From Malacoraja senta (Eukaryota), in the NCBI GenBank assembly GCA_038087875.1, contig JAXLNO010000438.1:620001-684000 (forward strand): 64,000 bases of DNA, given 5' to 3'. The notes below the pieces were generated by a model. The model was given only the letters and a program-made list of their open reading frames with translations, was not told where the DNA came from and searched no databases. The translations under genes were made by a program, and so were the position numbers. Numbering within the stretch: position 1 is the stretch's first letter; each line of letters begins with the position of its first letter. Shown here piece by piece: positions 47,339 through 61,618 of this stretch.

Positions 47339-50223
47339 AAATGTGACATGTTTAGCACTATCCACATTTTCATCTATTCATCTGCTACTGACACATCCTC
47401 GTGTTTCCTGAATTCCCTGAATTTCTAGCACTCCTTTAGAGCAATACTGTTAATGTTTATAGTAGGCACAACATTTTATTGAGTTGAACCGTGAATACCA
47501 ATTTTTCACCATTTGTGCACATTTTAACCACAAAGATAATGACATTAAAATCTCCTTTCAGGCTAAAATCACCCCTTGGATCTTTTTTTTGCAAAACCAC
47601 TGTGATCCAGCTTAGAAATTCCAGAAATACAATCTATGCATAATACAAGGCCATCTCAAGGACAGTAGGGAAAAGAAAATTTCATTTTCAATGACGCACT
47701 TTAAAATATTCATAACTCCACTTCTTTAAATTGAATAGAGTTATAAATGGCGGATATCATTCAGTCTATATGTAGATCTGACAGTTTTTAAATATTTTTG
47801 CAAATGCTTATGACAAACAACCAGCAGCTATCTTGTGACTTGTAATAATGTTTTCACCTGAGTGAGGTCTCCATTAAACAGATAAAAGCTCCATCATTAC
47901 TTATTACTAAAGGATCACTGGGACTGTATTGTCACCGGAAGCACTTAACTGCAGCACACTAATCATTCTCATTTATTCCGTTTGGTGATGGTCTGAAACT
48001 TCACTACACCAACAAATTATAATTAGATATAGCTGCAATATCCTATTTATATTAATGTACAAAGCAGAAATACAATAAAGTAAATGTTTATTTTTACTAA
48101 TAACTCCATACTAATTCATAGTTACAATTTGAGTATAATGCATGCCTCTTAATAAATACCATTGTTTCCTGCAAACTAATTGGAAATTAGTCTAATTAGA
48201 CACCTTCCACCTGAGTATGGAGAGATCCAGTGAAGGCTGCTGGATTTAAGCACCTGGTGCTTCAGCAGAGGTGTATGGCGGGGATGGTCTATCCACCAAT
48301 GTCTTTGTATGGAAGGGTGTAGAGCTTGGAAGGGGCAAAGTCGGGGCATCTACTCCTCCTGACGCACAAAGAGTACAACAAAGGCATTAAATTCATAAAG
48401 CCGTTTGCACCTCTATAGCTGGTTGTTTTGCAAAGGCCTGAGAGACCCAGCCTCACAGGACCCAGCCTCACAGGGCAAAACAGACTATAACAGAGACCAG
48501 AAGTCTCATAACATATAATATCATTCTAAGGAAAAGACCCAAACTATTGATATCGATACCAACTCCAAAAAAGAGATACTTGATAGAAATCAGTTATTCG
48601 AACTATAGCTCCTCTCATAATGTAATTCATTTTAGAACTTTAATCAACATATTCTTCAGTAGCTTGCTGTATTATAAAATCAATTCTGAAAAAAGAAAAC
48701 CCAATTTAAATCCTGAGACCTGGAATGGTTGATTACATTTACATCCAAGTTTGCTGCTTTCATGAAATATGTACATTTACTCTTATTGTGTCTTCAGTAG
48801 ACTTAAAGCAAAATTGAATTTGTTCTTCTGTACCAAAATTCAAAATTGAGACTTGTAAGGGCAAAGCACAGACCAGATCTGCAAATTAATTATGATGCAT
48901 GGTTTTCCAGTGATTTCTAATTAAATGAAACATTGCTGTAATATTAACACAAACATGCAACCCGATGAGCTGTGGAGACCTGAGCAGTTACATGATCTGC
49001 TGTACTGCCTTCCTGTTTTGCCACTCAATATGCTTAATTTATTGCCTGGCAGCAGAAATGTTTCAACTGCTTAGTCTAGTCTTAGTCTAATTCGTCTTTG
49101 CATTTTTAAATCAAGGGGCCAGAAGTAATGCAAGTCTTTGATTTACATGTTTTAACATGCTTACACTGCTTTTTACTATTACTATGTACCTGGCAATTTA
49201 TAGATGTCCCTGAACAGCTCATCACTCAGATCTTGCAATTAGGAAAAGGAAGATGTGGTGAACCCCGATCTTCATATTCACCTTCAACCACCCTTCCCAC
49301 TGACTACATCTCCGAACAACATCTTGATTTTATTTTTATTGTTGGTCACTTATATTTCAAAGTTTATATGCCTCCAACAGAATAAGTTACTCTTGTATTT
49401 TTACATACTGGGGGGGGGGGGGGGGGGATTTAATACTATGCTTTTATCCATTATTACACAAAGACTGTAAATTAGTGGGCTTTACAATGAATGCAAGTGT
49501 ATTATCATATTGTAATAATGGAAACTCTTGCAACATTTGGAAGGAGGTATGCAAAATTATACATGGCCAAGTTAACGCGGGGTGTCTGATGTTAGGCAGC
49601 ACTGGGGGTGAGAGGACATCGATAGAGCTGTACTGCAAGTGACTTGGACTTTGGTAACAGTGGAAGGCAGCTAGGCCATTCAATGTTAGTGAGGTGGGAA
49701 GGTTGCAGTTTGGTTTTACAGGTAGAGACCTACTATTAGCTAATGGGGTGAGCTACAGACAGTCAGTGACTAAAGGAGGCAGGGTGGAGGTATTGGTGGT
49801 GTGAAGTTGGCAAAGTTGTTTGGATCCAGTGTCTAGCTTTCTGTTGTTAAATGGACTCCACAAACAATAAATGGTGTGATTGATTGCTGGTAAATTAATT
49901 ACTATAATTTCTATCTCCATTTCCATCTCCACTAATAAACCTAACAACCTTTCCTCTAGTTTGACTCATCTCAATTTGTAATCAGTTCATGAAAAATAAT
50001 ATAAAAATCAAACCTTGCAGAAAAGCAGGATGGAGTGCCCATCAGCTTCTGTGACGTGGCTTATCTTACTCAATATGTCAAGTACATGGCCAACATGTCT
50101 GATCCTGGATAAAACCAAACCTATGTTCAGAAAAATCAAGAAATATTTAATGGAAAGTAAAACCTATAATAGAGAATATAGCCACACTTCGTTAAAATAA
50201 TCTGTTGATGTTTATGTGAGGCT

Positions 50224-50463
50224 ATGAAACAGCGGTATGAACATTGACTTCTCCAATTTCAGGTAGTCCTTGCTTTCTCCCTCCTTCCCCTCCCCTCCCC
50301 AGCTCTCCCACAGCCCACCGTCTCTGCCTCTTCCTTTCTTCTTCCCGTCCCCCCCAACCCCCACATCAGTCTGAAGAAGGGTCTCGACCCCGAAACGTCA
50401 CCTATTCTTCGCTCCATAGATGATGCCTCATCCGCTGAGTTTCTCCAGAATATTTGTCTTCCT
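50224..50463 (+). mobile_element. Penelope-like 3' fragment
   Basis: SGMNIDFSNFR* plus pLTR; 13-bp TSD tttatgtgaggct (50211-50223, 50464-50476). Confidence 0.85.
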
Positions 50464-51184
50464 TTTATGTGAGGCTGTTCTCTTTACATTAGTCTCATGG
50501 GCAGATGGAAGACTCTTCACCTGCCATTAACCTGCAGCTCTGCAACAATGTGATGTTGTACTTTCCAAGTCTGGCTTAATTTGTGATTAAACAAAGTGTG
50601 TACTTGGTCAGCTATACATTGAAATATCAAAAATGGAAAGGAAAATCCTATATTCAGGCTGTTTTAGGAAATTCAGGACATTCAGCAGAAAGCAGAGCAA
50701 TAAAAACATGCATAACAAAGTCATTCAAAACATAGAAATTAGTTTAATTTTTGTACTTTTAGCCTAAACCTATTAAATTTAAACAGCACAAATGCAGTTT
50801 TAAATTTTAAAAAAGTAAAAGTCAATGGCCTAGAAGAATCAATTATGTACCTCTGTTTATTTCAGCTCTACCCAAGAGGGAATGCATTTTAAATTGTGAA
50901 ACGTACTAAGACTCATTAGCCTTTGTGCTGAATTACTCCAGAATTACACAAATTGCATTTCCACGCATGAATGTTATTTCCACCAGTCTCACATCAGTGA
51001 ATGACTTGCCTCAGGCTGTGTTACTTTGGCGGAAATGATCCCACATTGTCTGGAGCATGACCATTATTAGGCAACATTGATTCAGAACACAGGGTCAAAA
51101 CGCGATCCCTTTGATGCTGCATGGAAAACTGTTCTGTGTTTAAATCTCATCATTTCTGAATGTCAGATGCTTTAAAACTATTTA

Positions 51185-51930
51185 AAAAAATACCCAGGCA
51201 TCGTTCAGACAAGTAATATCCATGCCACAAATATGCCTGACAAAGACCATTTCCAACAAAAAGAATCTAACCACCAACCCTTGACATTCAGTGGTCTTAC
51301 CAGTGCCACATTCAACATCCGAATCATCAGCAAGGGCCAGAAGCATAACTTAATCAACTACATACGTACCAGGACTACAGGCACAGGTTGGATTATAGTT
51401 CTCCCCGACACCCAAAGCATTTCAGAATGGCACAAAACAGGACTGCGATGGAATATTGTCCACTTGCCTGGATGAGTGTACTTTCAGTAACTCTCCAGAC
51501 TCTCGACTATCCAAGACAAGACTTGAATGGCATTGCATTCACCTCTCTAAACATACATTCAGCACTGGCATACTGGAGTTGCAATGTATACCGTCAACAA
51601 GATGCCCTGTCATTATTCACTGAGACTACTCAGGCTGCATCTCCTAAACCTGTGACCTCTATGACCAAGAAAGTCAACAGGAGCAGGTATATGGGATTAC
51701 CATCACCTGCACATTTCTTACAGGTACACCATCCAGATTTGGAAATATACCACCTGTCCTTCTTGGTCACTGGGTCTAAATCCTGGAACTCTGTATATCA
51801 ACAGGAACTCTGGAACAACAGCACAATAGGAGTATCTTCACCTAAAGCATAGCTACAGATTGTACAAGATGGTGATGGGCATAATCTTTTTAATAGCAAT
51901 TAGGGGTGGAAAATAAATGTAGGCCGTCCC
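51185..51930 (+). mobile_element. Old CR1/L2-group LINE 3' region
   Basis: MEYCPLAWM motif, GSKSWNS, gcaattagggg..aaataaatg tail. Confidence 0.65.
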
Positions 51931-53744
51931 AAAAAGTGAAATCATTAAAAAAAAGAGAGGAATGTGACATAATGTGTCTAGGCAAAAAGCAAAACTTCCT
52001 AAATAGGTGAAGAGCAGTGCACGGACATTTATGATGGGGTTGGTGCTATTTATTCGGTATATTGAGGTGAATTTAGGAATAGAGGAAATTATCTGAAAAG
52101 TAGCCAGGGAAGGCTAATTTAGAGCACAGGAAATTGTGAAAAATTATAAGACATAAAAAAGTTTGTAATGTGGGTGGAAAGTGAGAAATGCAGCTTAAAG
52201 TGGAAACATTAAACATTTTGGTACCAGTTTGGAAAAGAGAATAGAAATGCATATTGAATTACAAAATTTAATTAAAGTTACCTGATATTCAGATTCCCAG
52301 ATTATGGTCATAAATAGAGCTGGGTAAGCAAAGTAAGAATTAATGTTGAATTTGTATGAGATTTCTGCGGTCTGAAATTGATATATTCCTACAGCGTTAG
52401 ATAACCTATCAAGGTAAAACAAGTGAAAGCAACCAAGAGGCTGCATTGTAAGTTTAATAGGACATTAGCAATGATGTGAATTTACAGTTAAAAATGCAAT
52501 GATTTGTTTCTCACTACATCGTTAAATGGTTATCTGACTGAGGTCATGAATTCTGATCTCTTTTGTTTTAGAAATTAGCCATGCTTGTTATGAATATCAC
52601 AGCTTTGTGTGATCCAGGATAGATTTCTGAGGTCTACAGACAGAGTTTTAAAACTGAATCTTGGAATACATATACTGGAGGCCCCAAACACACCAACTAG
52701 TTTACACACAACCTTAGATAGTAGACCCACATCACATTTGGGAGGCAAATGGACGAGAGGTAGCTATTCCTGTTGCTTCTACCAACAGTGGGCCAGATGA
52801 GGGCATTTTGCTTAGCATGGATAATTGGGTGAAAAGCTTGTTTCCGTGATGTTTGACTCTATTAATAGTACAAACAAAGACAATAGATGAACATTCTAGA
52901 TAGCTTTAAGTACATAATATTTTCAGTAGTTTCACCTGCAGCATAAATATTTTGCTGATGTGATAAATGTGACACACATCGTATGTGTGTGATTCTGGAG
53001 TACAGATTTTGTCTCCTCTGCTCATAAGTCTCTGAGTTGTCTTAGGGTGATTCTCTGTGTACACTGAGAGTGTGTGTTCTATCTAAATAGGATCGTAACT
53101 CGATTCTCAAATCATGCAAGTTTACTAGAATGGTGACCTTTAGTCTGACCATTACTCAGCTTCCCCTGCATAGGAACTTTACCCATCCTGTTCATCGTGT
53201 GAATGGAACAATTCAAGATGTCTAAACAAGTTATTATTCTGCTGGAATGACTGTGTGAACATTTGGACAACATGAAAAACATTTCTGCTACGCTGCGAGC
53301 TGTCTCTTGTGTATCAGAATGAATTTGTATAGCAGCAGTTCACATTAAGTATAATTATATTCAAATTATATTTCCAACAATATCTATTTAATTTCTAAAT
53401 ATGATACGACTCTTTTCATCAGAGATCCCCTGCTTATTAAAAGAAAAGTCAAGCGATGATGGAAAGAAAATAGTCAGCAGCAATTGCTAACTTGGGATGT
53501 TGTAAAATTAACAGAATGGATCTTAACCCATCAATATTGTGAAATTTGTTATTGTTATGATGGAAAATGACTTAAACATTACAATTTATGCAATGCTTGC
53601 TTGAAATATTTACAATGTTCAGGACTCGAAAAGGAAGACGATTTCATTTCAATACTAAGTAAGCAGCATAATATGAATGGAATAACATTCCCGGTAGGAA
53701 TAGTTCTCATCAAATAAAACACTGAAAGTGAATAATAGGTAAGT

Positions 53745-54507
53745 CCTCCGACATAATCCTCCAGCATTTTCGCCACCTCCAACGGGATCCCACCACTGGC
53801 CACATCTTCCCATCTCCTCCCCTTTCTGATTTCCGCAGAGACCGTTCCCTCCATAACTCCCTGGTCAATTTGTCCTTTCCCACCCAAACCACACCCTCTC
53901 CTGGTACTTGCAACTGCAGGAAATGCTACACTTGTCGCTTTATCTCCCCCCTCGACTCCATCCAAGGACCCAAGCAGTCTTTCCAGGTAAGGCAGAGGTT
54001 CACCTGCACCTCCTCCAACCTCATCTATTGTATCCGCTGTTCCAGGTGTCAACTGCTCTACATCGGTGAGACCAAGCACAGGCTTGGCGATCGCTTCGCC
54101 CAACACCTCCGCTCAGTTCACAGTAACCAGCCTGATCTCCTGGTGGCTCAGCACTTCAACTCCCCCTCCCATTCCGAATCCGACCTTTCTGTCCTGGGCC
54201 TCCTCCATGGCCAGAGTGAGTCCCACCGCAAATTGGAGGAGCAGCACCTCATATTTTGCTTGGGTAGTTTACACCCCAGCGGTATGAACATTGACTTCTC
54301 CAATTTCACGTAGTCCTTGCTTTCTCCCTCCTTCCCCACCCCTTCCCAGCTCTCCCACAGCCTACTGTTTCCACCTCTTCCTTTCTTTTTTCCGCCCCCC
54401 CACCCCTGACATCAGTCTAAAGAAGGGTCTTGACCTGAAACATCGTCTATTCCTTCGCTCCATAGATGCTGCCTCACCCACTGAGTTTCTCCAGCATTTT
54501 TGTCTAA
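53745..54507 (+). mobile_element. 5'-truncated Penelope-like element (GIY-YIG + pLTR)
   Basis: ORF 53870-54313 NLIYCIRC..C..LYIGETK; 11-bp TSD aataggtaagt (53734-53744, 54508-54518). Confidence 0.95.
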
Positions 54508-54713
54508 AATAGGTAAGTAAAGGTAACTGGAAATTTACTGATAAACCTCAAACCAGCCATTCCTAAAAAAATAAAGAGATTTTTTTTAAATAAAGAGAGA
54601 TGATGTGCATGATTCTTTGCTATTTATTTAAATATAGTAAAATATATTCCTAAACAGATCCTTATTGAAACCAGGCAGGAATGGCACACTCATATGTTCA
54701 TTACATGAATTAC

Positions 54714-55450
54714 TGAATGAATGAATGAATGAATGAATGAATGAATAAGTTTATTGGCCGTATTCACATACAAGGAATTTGCCTTGGTGTTCCGCCCGCA
54801 AGTGACAACATGACATACAGTGACAGTTAGGAATGACACATAAAACAATAAACATTAATAAGAAAACATTATCGATTAAACATGTGAATTACATAAAATA
54901 CTAGAGCAAAAGGAGGCTACAGATGTTTGGTTATTGAGTAGAGCTACTACTCATGGTAAAAAGCTGTTTTTATGTCTGGCTGTGGCAGATTTGACAGTCC
55001 AGAGTTGCCTTCCAGAGGGAAGAGATTCAAACAGTTTGTGGCCAGGGTGAGAGGGGTCAGAGATGATCTTACCCGCTCGCTTCCTGGCCCATACAGTTCA
55101 TCAATCGAGGGAAGGTTGCAGCCAATAACCTTCTCAGCTGAACGGACGATTCGCTGCAGCCTCCGGATGTCATGCTTGGTGGCTGAGCAAAACCAGACCA
55201 TGATGGAGGTGAGGACAGACTCTACGATGGCCGTATAGAATTGGACCATCATTGCCTGTGGCAGATTGTGCTTCCTCTGCTGCTGCAGGAAGTACATCTT
55301 CTGTTGTGCCTTTTTGACTGTGGGGTTGATGGTGGCCCCCCCCATTTAAGGTCATTGGAGATGATGGTTCCCAGGAACTTAAAAGACTCCACCGTGGTGT
55401 TGTTGATGTAGAGTAGGGTGAGGGGAGGGGGAGCTTTCCTATAGTCTAGA
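54714..55450 (-). mobile_element. Rex/Babar-type LINE 3' region
   Basis: VESFKFLGTIISNDLKW, KKAQQKMYFL, FYTAIVESVLT, LQRIVRSAEKVIG; (tgaa)n tail. Confidence 0.9.
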
Positions 55451-57689
55451 AGATACTGCATTAAACAATAAATCCTAATTTCACAGGTAATTAAATAATA
55501 TTTACATTCATATTTATCAATCATTTTATCTTTGGTAGGGTGAAAGGGCTGCTAATTTATATGCAAATAAATTCTCGATAATTTAATCTCAACAACTTCA
55601 TACATGCTAACTATTTAGAGTTTGTAAGTTCTTGCAGTGTCTGCATAGGTCTCTGCTCTTTCCTCCAATGGAAGATTAACTGACTACTCTAAATTACCCC
55701 TTATGTAGGTTATTGGCAAAAGAACCAAAGGCTGTTGAATGGTAAGTAAGTGTTCGCCAACCCATGGACCAGTACTTCCCCTAATCCTCCCCTCCCCTGT
55801 GAAAATGTTAATATCCCTTTGTTAATGTATGACACCCAAACACCCCATCACGTGCAAATGTCCGATACCTCTTCTCCACTAAAAGGGGCATCTGCCTCCT
55901 TTGAACTTACAGTCTCCTCCAACCCTGAGTGCCCAATCCATCTCCCTATCTCAGACCTGTTAAGCTCTAACGCCTCCCTCCCACACTCCCCAGCCACAGA
56001 ACAGACATGCTGTTGTGCCTCAGCAGCACCTGACCTTTTGCACTCAGGCTCAACTTGTTAGGGTGCACCAGAATTTCTAGCCACTTGTGCAGTTGTTGTA
56101 TTTCAGTATGAAGCTTTACGGCCTGTGAAGTTGAAAATGTAGGCACCCCATCCTTACACTGTAAATACAACCCATTTACCTCAACACTGAAAAAAAACCT
56201 CATGATTTATTTAAACAATAGTATAGAACCTTGTAGCTGGGTGACGCAAGACATTAATTTTGAGAAAAAAAACTCAATAAAAGAGGCAGTAAGGGCAAGG
56301 TTTGCCAATGCCATAACCTCTTCTCGGTGTCATTGTACTGTTCTGAAGAGTATGCAACTCACATTATTGTTTATTTGCAGACAAATGAGGAAACATACTG
56401 TAAGCTAAAAATACATTCTCAGCCTGAACTGGTAAAGTATCTGGAAAAAAAAAGCTTCTGCCTCTTCACAGCCAACCAGATTACCATCTGGATGCACTTG
56501 GAGTCATCGGCAACATGTTTCCATAGCAATTTACTTATAGCAACTACAGGTTACTATGCAGTTTCCTGCTTTTATGATTGCGCAGAGATTATGTTAGAGT
56601 TTGCTGTCCAGTTAAATACAGAGCACTTCATATTGCATATTCATGTTTTTTTATAGCAACTCTAATTTTAAATCGTGGCATCCAATAGGTGAGCTACTGT
56701 GGTCAAATGAGTATTGTGAAAATAAGATTGCTCTTTCATCAGTAAATAAATTAAAATGAAACACTGTATCGCTACCACTGAGAAATACAAGGTCAATATC
56801 ATATTCACAAAAAAAATAAAGATGTATGTTCACTCTCATTTGCAATTATTAACAGTGCGTTAATGTAGTTTGATTATTTTGATTATTTTGGTTGTTTCAC
56901 TTACTGTTGAAGTGGTATTGGTTAAATAGTATAAAATACGATAAATACAGCCATGGAAAATGAAGCACTGGGCCAACTCATGCTCTCCCGTGGAAGACAA
57001 TTGTCTTCTCCTTGTGAAGAGTTCGTCTTTGACTCATCACCAATTCCATCAGTAGAGCACCGACATGCTGAGCAACCAGCACATCACCCATGGACTTCAG
57101 CACTATAGAAACATCAGATATACTACATAAGGAATGAAACCATCATTGCAGCTAGCATTATTGCACTGGTGGGCGATGGAAAGAAGCAAAGTCAACAGTG
57201 AAAGACAGCTTGAACATACTGGCAGAGGAAAGTATATTGGGCAGTAGGAGAGGTTCATACTTTGCTCAAGATTCCAGCATCTGCAGCCTTTCTTGTCTCT
57301 ACCTTCTTCCATGCCTCTTGTTGTGTGATCCACTTTTCACAGTAATTATGTTGGTCCATCTATTCTATTTGCAACTCCGGAACAAAGCTTAAAAGCTGAA
57401 ATGTGCCGTGAACAATCAATTCTTAGTACAATTCAAGTTTTGTTTTTCAAAGAAATACAAAGTTTTGCGCTCAATTGCGGTAAATATTTGATGTAAGTAA
57501 ACATGTAAAATACCTTTATTTGTATAAATATATCTAAGGCATAGATATATGCAGAATATTAAAATATTTTTCAATATTAGTGACAATTTGCAAAAACTGT
57601 GTTGTCCATGACCAGTGGTCATTTTAAATGGACTACAACATTAATTGTTCCATCACCGGCAGTGGTCGGGAAACTATGTTATGGAGTAA

Positions 57690-58380
57690 GAAATAAACTC
57701 CTGGAAGAACCCTGCGGACCATGCAACATCTATGGAGGCAAAGAGATGGTCAACATTTTGGATCATGGTCCTGTATCAGGCCTGAGAGTGTAAAGGGAGA
57801 TAGGCAGAATAAAAAGTTGACCGGGAAAGGGAATTGGCAGGTGATAGGTGGAACCAGGTGAGGTAGGGAATGATCGGCAGAGGCAACGAGATGGGAGATG
57901 AATGAGAATGAGGCAGAGGCTGGTTGGTGGGTGATAGGTGCTATCAGATAAGGAAAGAAAAATGGCATCAGGTGAGAGGGTGATTATGGGAGAGAGAGGA
58001 TGGAAGGTACCAAGTGGAATCTGGTATGGGAGGGATGATGAGCAGATGGAAAGATCTGCAGTGGATGGGGGTTCAAAGGGTTGACCAAGGGATAAGACAA
58101 CCAGGTGATGGGTGTGTGGGTGACAAGCAGAGGGAAATGGAAAATGTTAATGAAAGGAGAAAGAACCCGGGTGGACTGGTAGGAATGGGAAAATAACACA
58201 GTGGCAGGAATATCAGACATTGGAAAATTCAATGTTCATACCATTGGATTGTAGACTACCCAAGTGGGATACATTGTTTCATTCTTTTAGTTTGTGTTTG
58301 ACCTAGCTGTGGTAGTGGAGAAGGCAGGGACATACAGATTGACGTGGAATGGGAAGGGGAGTTAAAGTGGCGGGCAATCT
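57690..58380 (-). mobile_element. Old degraded Penelope-like fragment
   Basis: ggaaaattcaatgttcataccattggattgtagactacccaag (minus strand LGSLQSNGMNIEF) plus purine-rich spacer and diverged pLTR. Confidence 0.65.
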
Positions 58381-59184
58381 ACCGAATACCCACACACCTA
58401 TATGCATGGATTTCCTCTTCCATCGTCTACTCTTCCTATCCATTCACCAAAATGGCTCCATTGTCCATTCCCCAGTTTACCAGGTTAGACCTATAACGTA
58501 AACCGTCCCCTGACAGTGCTCCCTTTTATCTCTTTAATCTGGCTATCTCTCAGTCCTGATGCAGGGTCTATAGATGAAATGCCAACCCTCTCTCTTACCT
58601 CACATATTCTGTCTGATGTGCTGAATTCCTCCAGCAGTTTGTTTTTACATTACATTCCAGCATCTGATGTCCCTTGTGATACCTACGTGTGGAATTTCTG
58701 CTGCCTATCTTGCTTTAAATTGCCCCTCAAAATTGATGTTTCACCCAAGCCATTGACCATCTCTTATTATATCCATGCATCCTTACATGATTATGGGCCA
58801 TTTTTTCAATAATGTCGACAAGGACCTTGCGAAGTACCTTGGAATTTTATAAGAATTGAAATTGACCTTAGCAAAGTTGGTCACAATGCAAATTTATGGC
58901 CATAAAATATAAAACCCCTCACTTTCTCAGATTTTGTCAGAGTAGCAAGCCCCTCACTTGTTACTGACAAACTTTGATGGAGTGAATTGGGGTGGCAGAT
59001 CAAACCTGCCACTGCAGACCATTACTGCTGTCTACATGCTGCTGGAATACCCTCAGATTGTCTCTCGGATTCTGTACCAGTCAGACTTAGTCTCTGATGA
59101 TATCAAAAGGGATTCCATGAACCATTCCATTTCTTGATTAGTACGGGTGTCAGAGGTTATGGGGAGGGCAGGAGAATGGGGTTA

Positions 59185-60143
59185 AGGGCCTGTCCCACTT
59201 GGGCGGCCTAGTCCGCGAGTCCAGAAGAGTGTCTTCGACCTTCAAGCTCGAGGGCACTCTCCTGGAAAGCCTCGAGCTGGATCGACCGGCCGCGTTGAAA
59301 CCGCGAGCTGCATTGACCGAACAGCGAGCTGCATCTACCGACCGCACACACGCACACACACAAACACATCGCGGAGGTCGGGACCAGTGAAAGCGGAGGA
59401 GCGCTGTCTGTGCGATGAAGAGGAAGATAAACGGCTGCCACAGTGTATGGTAAGTCCTTTAGAGAGAGTGGAGAGGGGGGAGGGGGGAAGAGAAGGGGAG
59501 AGAAGGAAAGAGAAGGGGAGAGGAGAGAGAAGTGGAGAGAAGGGGAGAGAAGGGGGGGGGAGAAGGGGAGAGAAGGCAGGTACAGGATACTGAGTTGGAT
59601 GATCAGCCATGATCATATTGAATGGCGGTGCAGGCTCAAAGGGTCGAATGGCTTACTCCTGCACCTATTTTCTATGTTTCTAAGGGGAGAGAAGGGGGAA
59701 AAAAGGGGGAGATAAGGGGGGAGAGGAGTGGAGACACTTTTAAGAAGTATAATAAAGTTTAGTGGGCATTTTACCTACTAGTAGGTCTTCTTAGGTCCTG
59801 AAAACTGCAATGAGCCAATCAAAATACCCGGTCAGCAAAGGAGATTGCCTACGGCTGCCCTCGAGTGCCTGTAACTAAATAGCGACCCCACTCCACTGCA
59901 CTACAACTAAAAAGACCCATGCCGACCAAATTTTACTCGCGGAAAATTTTTCAATATGCTGGATTTTTTTCCGCGACCTAGCTGAGTATTCGGGAACTTC
60001 CCTCGAGCATGAAGGAGCATGAAGGAGAGTTCCAGCAACCTCACAGGACCTCCTAGGACCTCGTGTCGACCATGCTGCGAGTTTGAGTCCAGGGCAAACT
60101 CTTTTAAACTTGCAGATTAGGTTGCCGCAGTGGGACAGGCCCT
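59185..60143. mobile_element. PIF/Harbinger-type non-autonomous element, copy 5 (959 bp including a nested CR1 tail)
   Basis: Same TIR, TTA TSD; right arm shares actcgcagcatggtcg.cacgaggtc.taggaggtc with the left arm of copy 3. Confidence 0.9.
59577..59681 (+). mobile_element. CR1 3' tail nested in MITE
   Basis: gatcagccatgatcatattgaatggcgg...ttctatgtttct; flanked by aaggggagagaagg direct repeat. Confidence 0.8.
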
Positions 60144-61149
60144 TTAGGAGAGATAGATCAGCCATGATTGAATGGCGGAGTGGACTTGATGGGCCAAATG
60201 TCCTAATTCCACACCTATCACATGATATTATGAAACAAAAAGGCAGGAAATATTTAAAAATATATTGCTTTAATATTTATGTTTTGATATGTTTTTAATT
60301 TCAAAAGTAAAAAAAAAACGTTACCCATCAATCTTAATTGTTTTTAAATGCATTTGGTTACTGGAGTCATTAAAACCATTAATAGGCTGCAAAAGCTTGG
60401 ACTGAAGGCTAACTCATGTCTCCATTTCTGCCTAATGTTGTGTCAGCCCAGGTCATTTGGGAGAACAGAACTTGAACTAATCTTCTCTCTCAAGCCAAGA
60501 CTGAAGACGGTAGAGCTTCAAGTCCCATTTAAGATTTCATCTATAATTCGCTAGTAAGGTAGCCACTAATTTTGCCTTGTCCCAATTATATTACTCAACC
60601 CACAATCATATTTCATTCTAAACCACTGAATGATTGCAGTTTTCATGAGAACACAAAGGGGATTCTGTTTTTCAGCTCCTCTCCCAAGAGCACATGAAAC
60701 AAAATCAGCTGGATCATTCCATGTAAAGTAACCCAGCTCAACAACACTTAAGGCACAAGTTGTGAAATTACTGAGCGCATTGTGTAAGGAATCATTGGCA
60801 CTCCCTTTTGCCACACACGTGCATTTATTCAGTTAAGTTAAACATCTAAATGGTAAACTTCATTATTAAAGAGACATCATGAAACCCTTCTATAATGCAC
60901 AAAAATTCTTTAACTTTCATGTAATTTTCTGGCACCATCAAGTCTAATAATGGATATCCTTGAATTATTTTCCTCTTGTCTGTGTGTTAAGGCCACATTA
61001 GTTCCCCTAGATTATCATTAGCTAGTGATGAAACAGATCATCCCTTCATGTATTATATCTATCCTATCCATCCAACTGGTAGTTAGCACTTCTGTGGGAA
61101 ACCATTGGATCCAGCCACATATGCCCAACATCTCATTAACTGCCCCCGC

Positions 61150-61510
61150 TGTTATGATTTGAGACCGAGCCAAGAGGCCCACCACATAATTGCCAAAAAG
61201 AGGAGACAGATGTGCTTCCCAAGCAGTCTCTGAGCTTTATGCCAGAGCTGTCTGTACACAAACCAAGTAACATACAAGTTAGGAACAAAAGTGGGCCATT
61301 CTGGTCCTGAAACCTCTTCTACTTCTCAAGAAAATCAGCGCTATTCTAGCTAAACCTCCTGTTTTGTTTATAATTTTTTCCTGTCTGTAGACAGTGAGTG
61401 TGCAGCCATTTTGAGTTGTCTTGCTGCCAGCATTGAGTAATATATTAAAGACTTCTGTTGTACCTTGAAGACTCTCAAGTTTCATATAGACATAAAACAA
61501 GAACACGAAA
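61150..61510 (+). mobile_element. Probable 5' LTR of a Gypsy element
   Basis: Begins tgttatg; ends ...aacacgaaa immediately before the PBS; no second LTR in the window to confirm boundaries. Confidence 0.6.
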
Positions 61511-61511
61511 G

Positions 61512-61529
61512 TGGTGTCAGAAGTGGGAT
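61512..61529 (+). promoter_or_regulatory. Primer binding site complementary to the tRNA-Leu 3' end
   Basis: tggtgtcagaagtgggat = reverse complement of atcccacttctgacacca. Confidence 0.85.
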
Positions 61530-61618
61530 ACTTCGGATTGTGTCCAAAGACCCAGATAAGAGCCTATTTTTCAATTAAACAACATTTTTTTTTAGTTCTG
61601 TAGTGTACTCAAACTAAC

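Larger units (their letters stand above)
59143..60232 (+). mobile_element. CR1 3' tail split by MITE copy 5
   Basis: gggtgtcagaggttatgggga..ggagaatggggtta | ggagagatagatcagccatgattgaatggcgg. Confidence 0.8.

Noticed and set aside
48443..48473. 15-bp tandem duplication (similar small ones at ~31060, ~42752, ~46851)
   Set aside because: Ordinary slippage duplications with no further structure.
51388..51852. 154-aa ORF as a gene
   Set aside because: Lies within a degraded LINE 3' region (MEYCPLAWM motif).
53734..53744. Perfect splice donor ag|gtaagt, duplicated at 54508
   Set aside because: It is the Penelope TSD, and I could not find an open, acceptor-bounded exon upstream.
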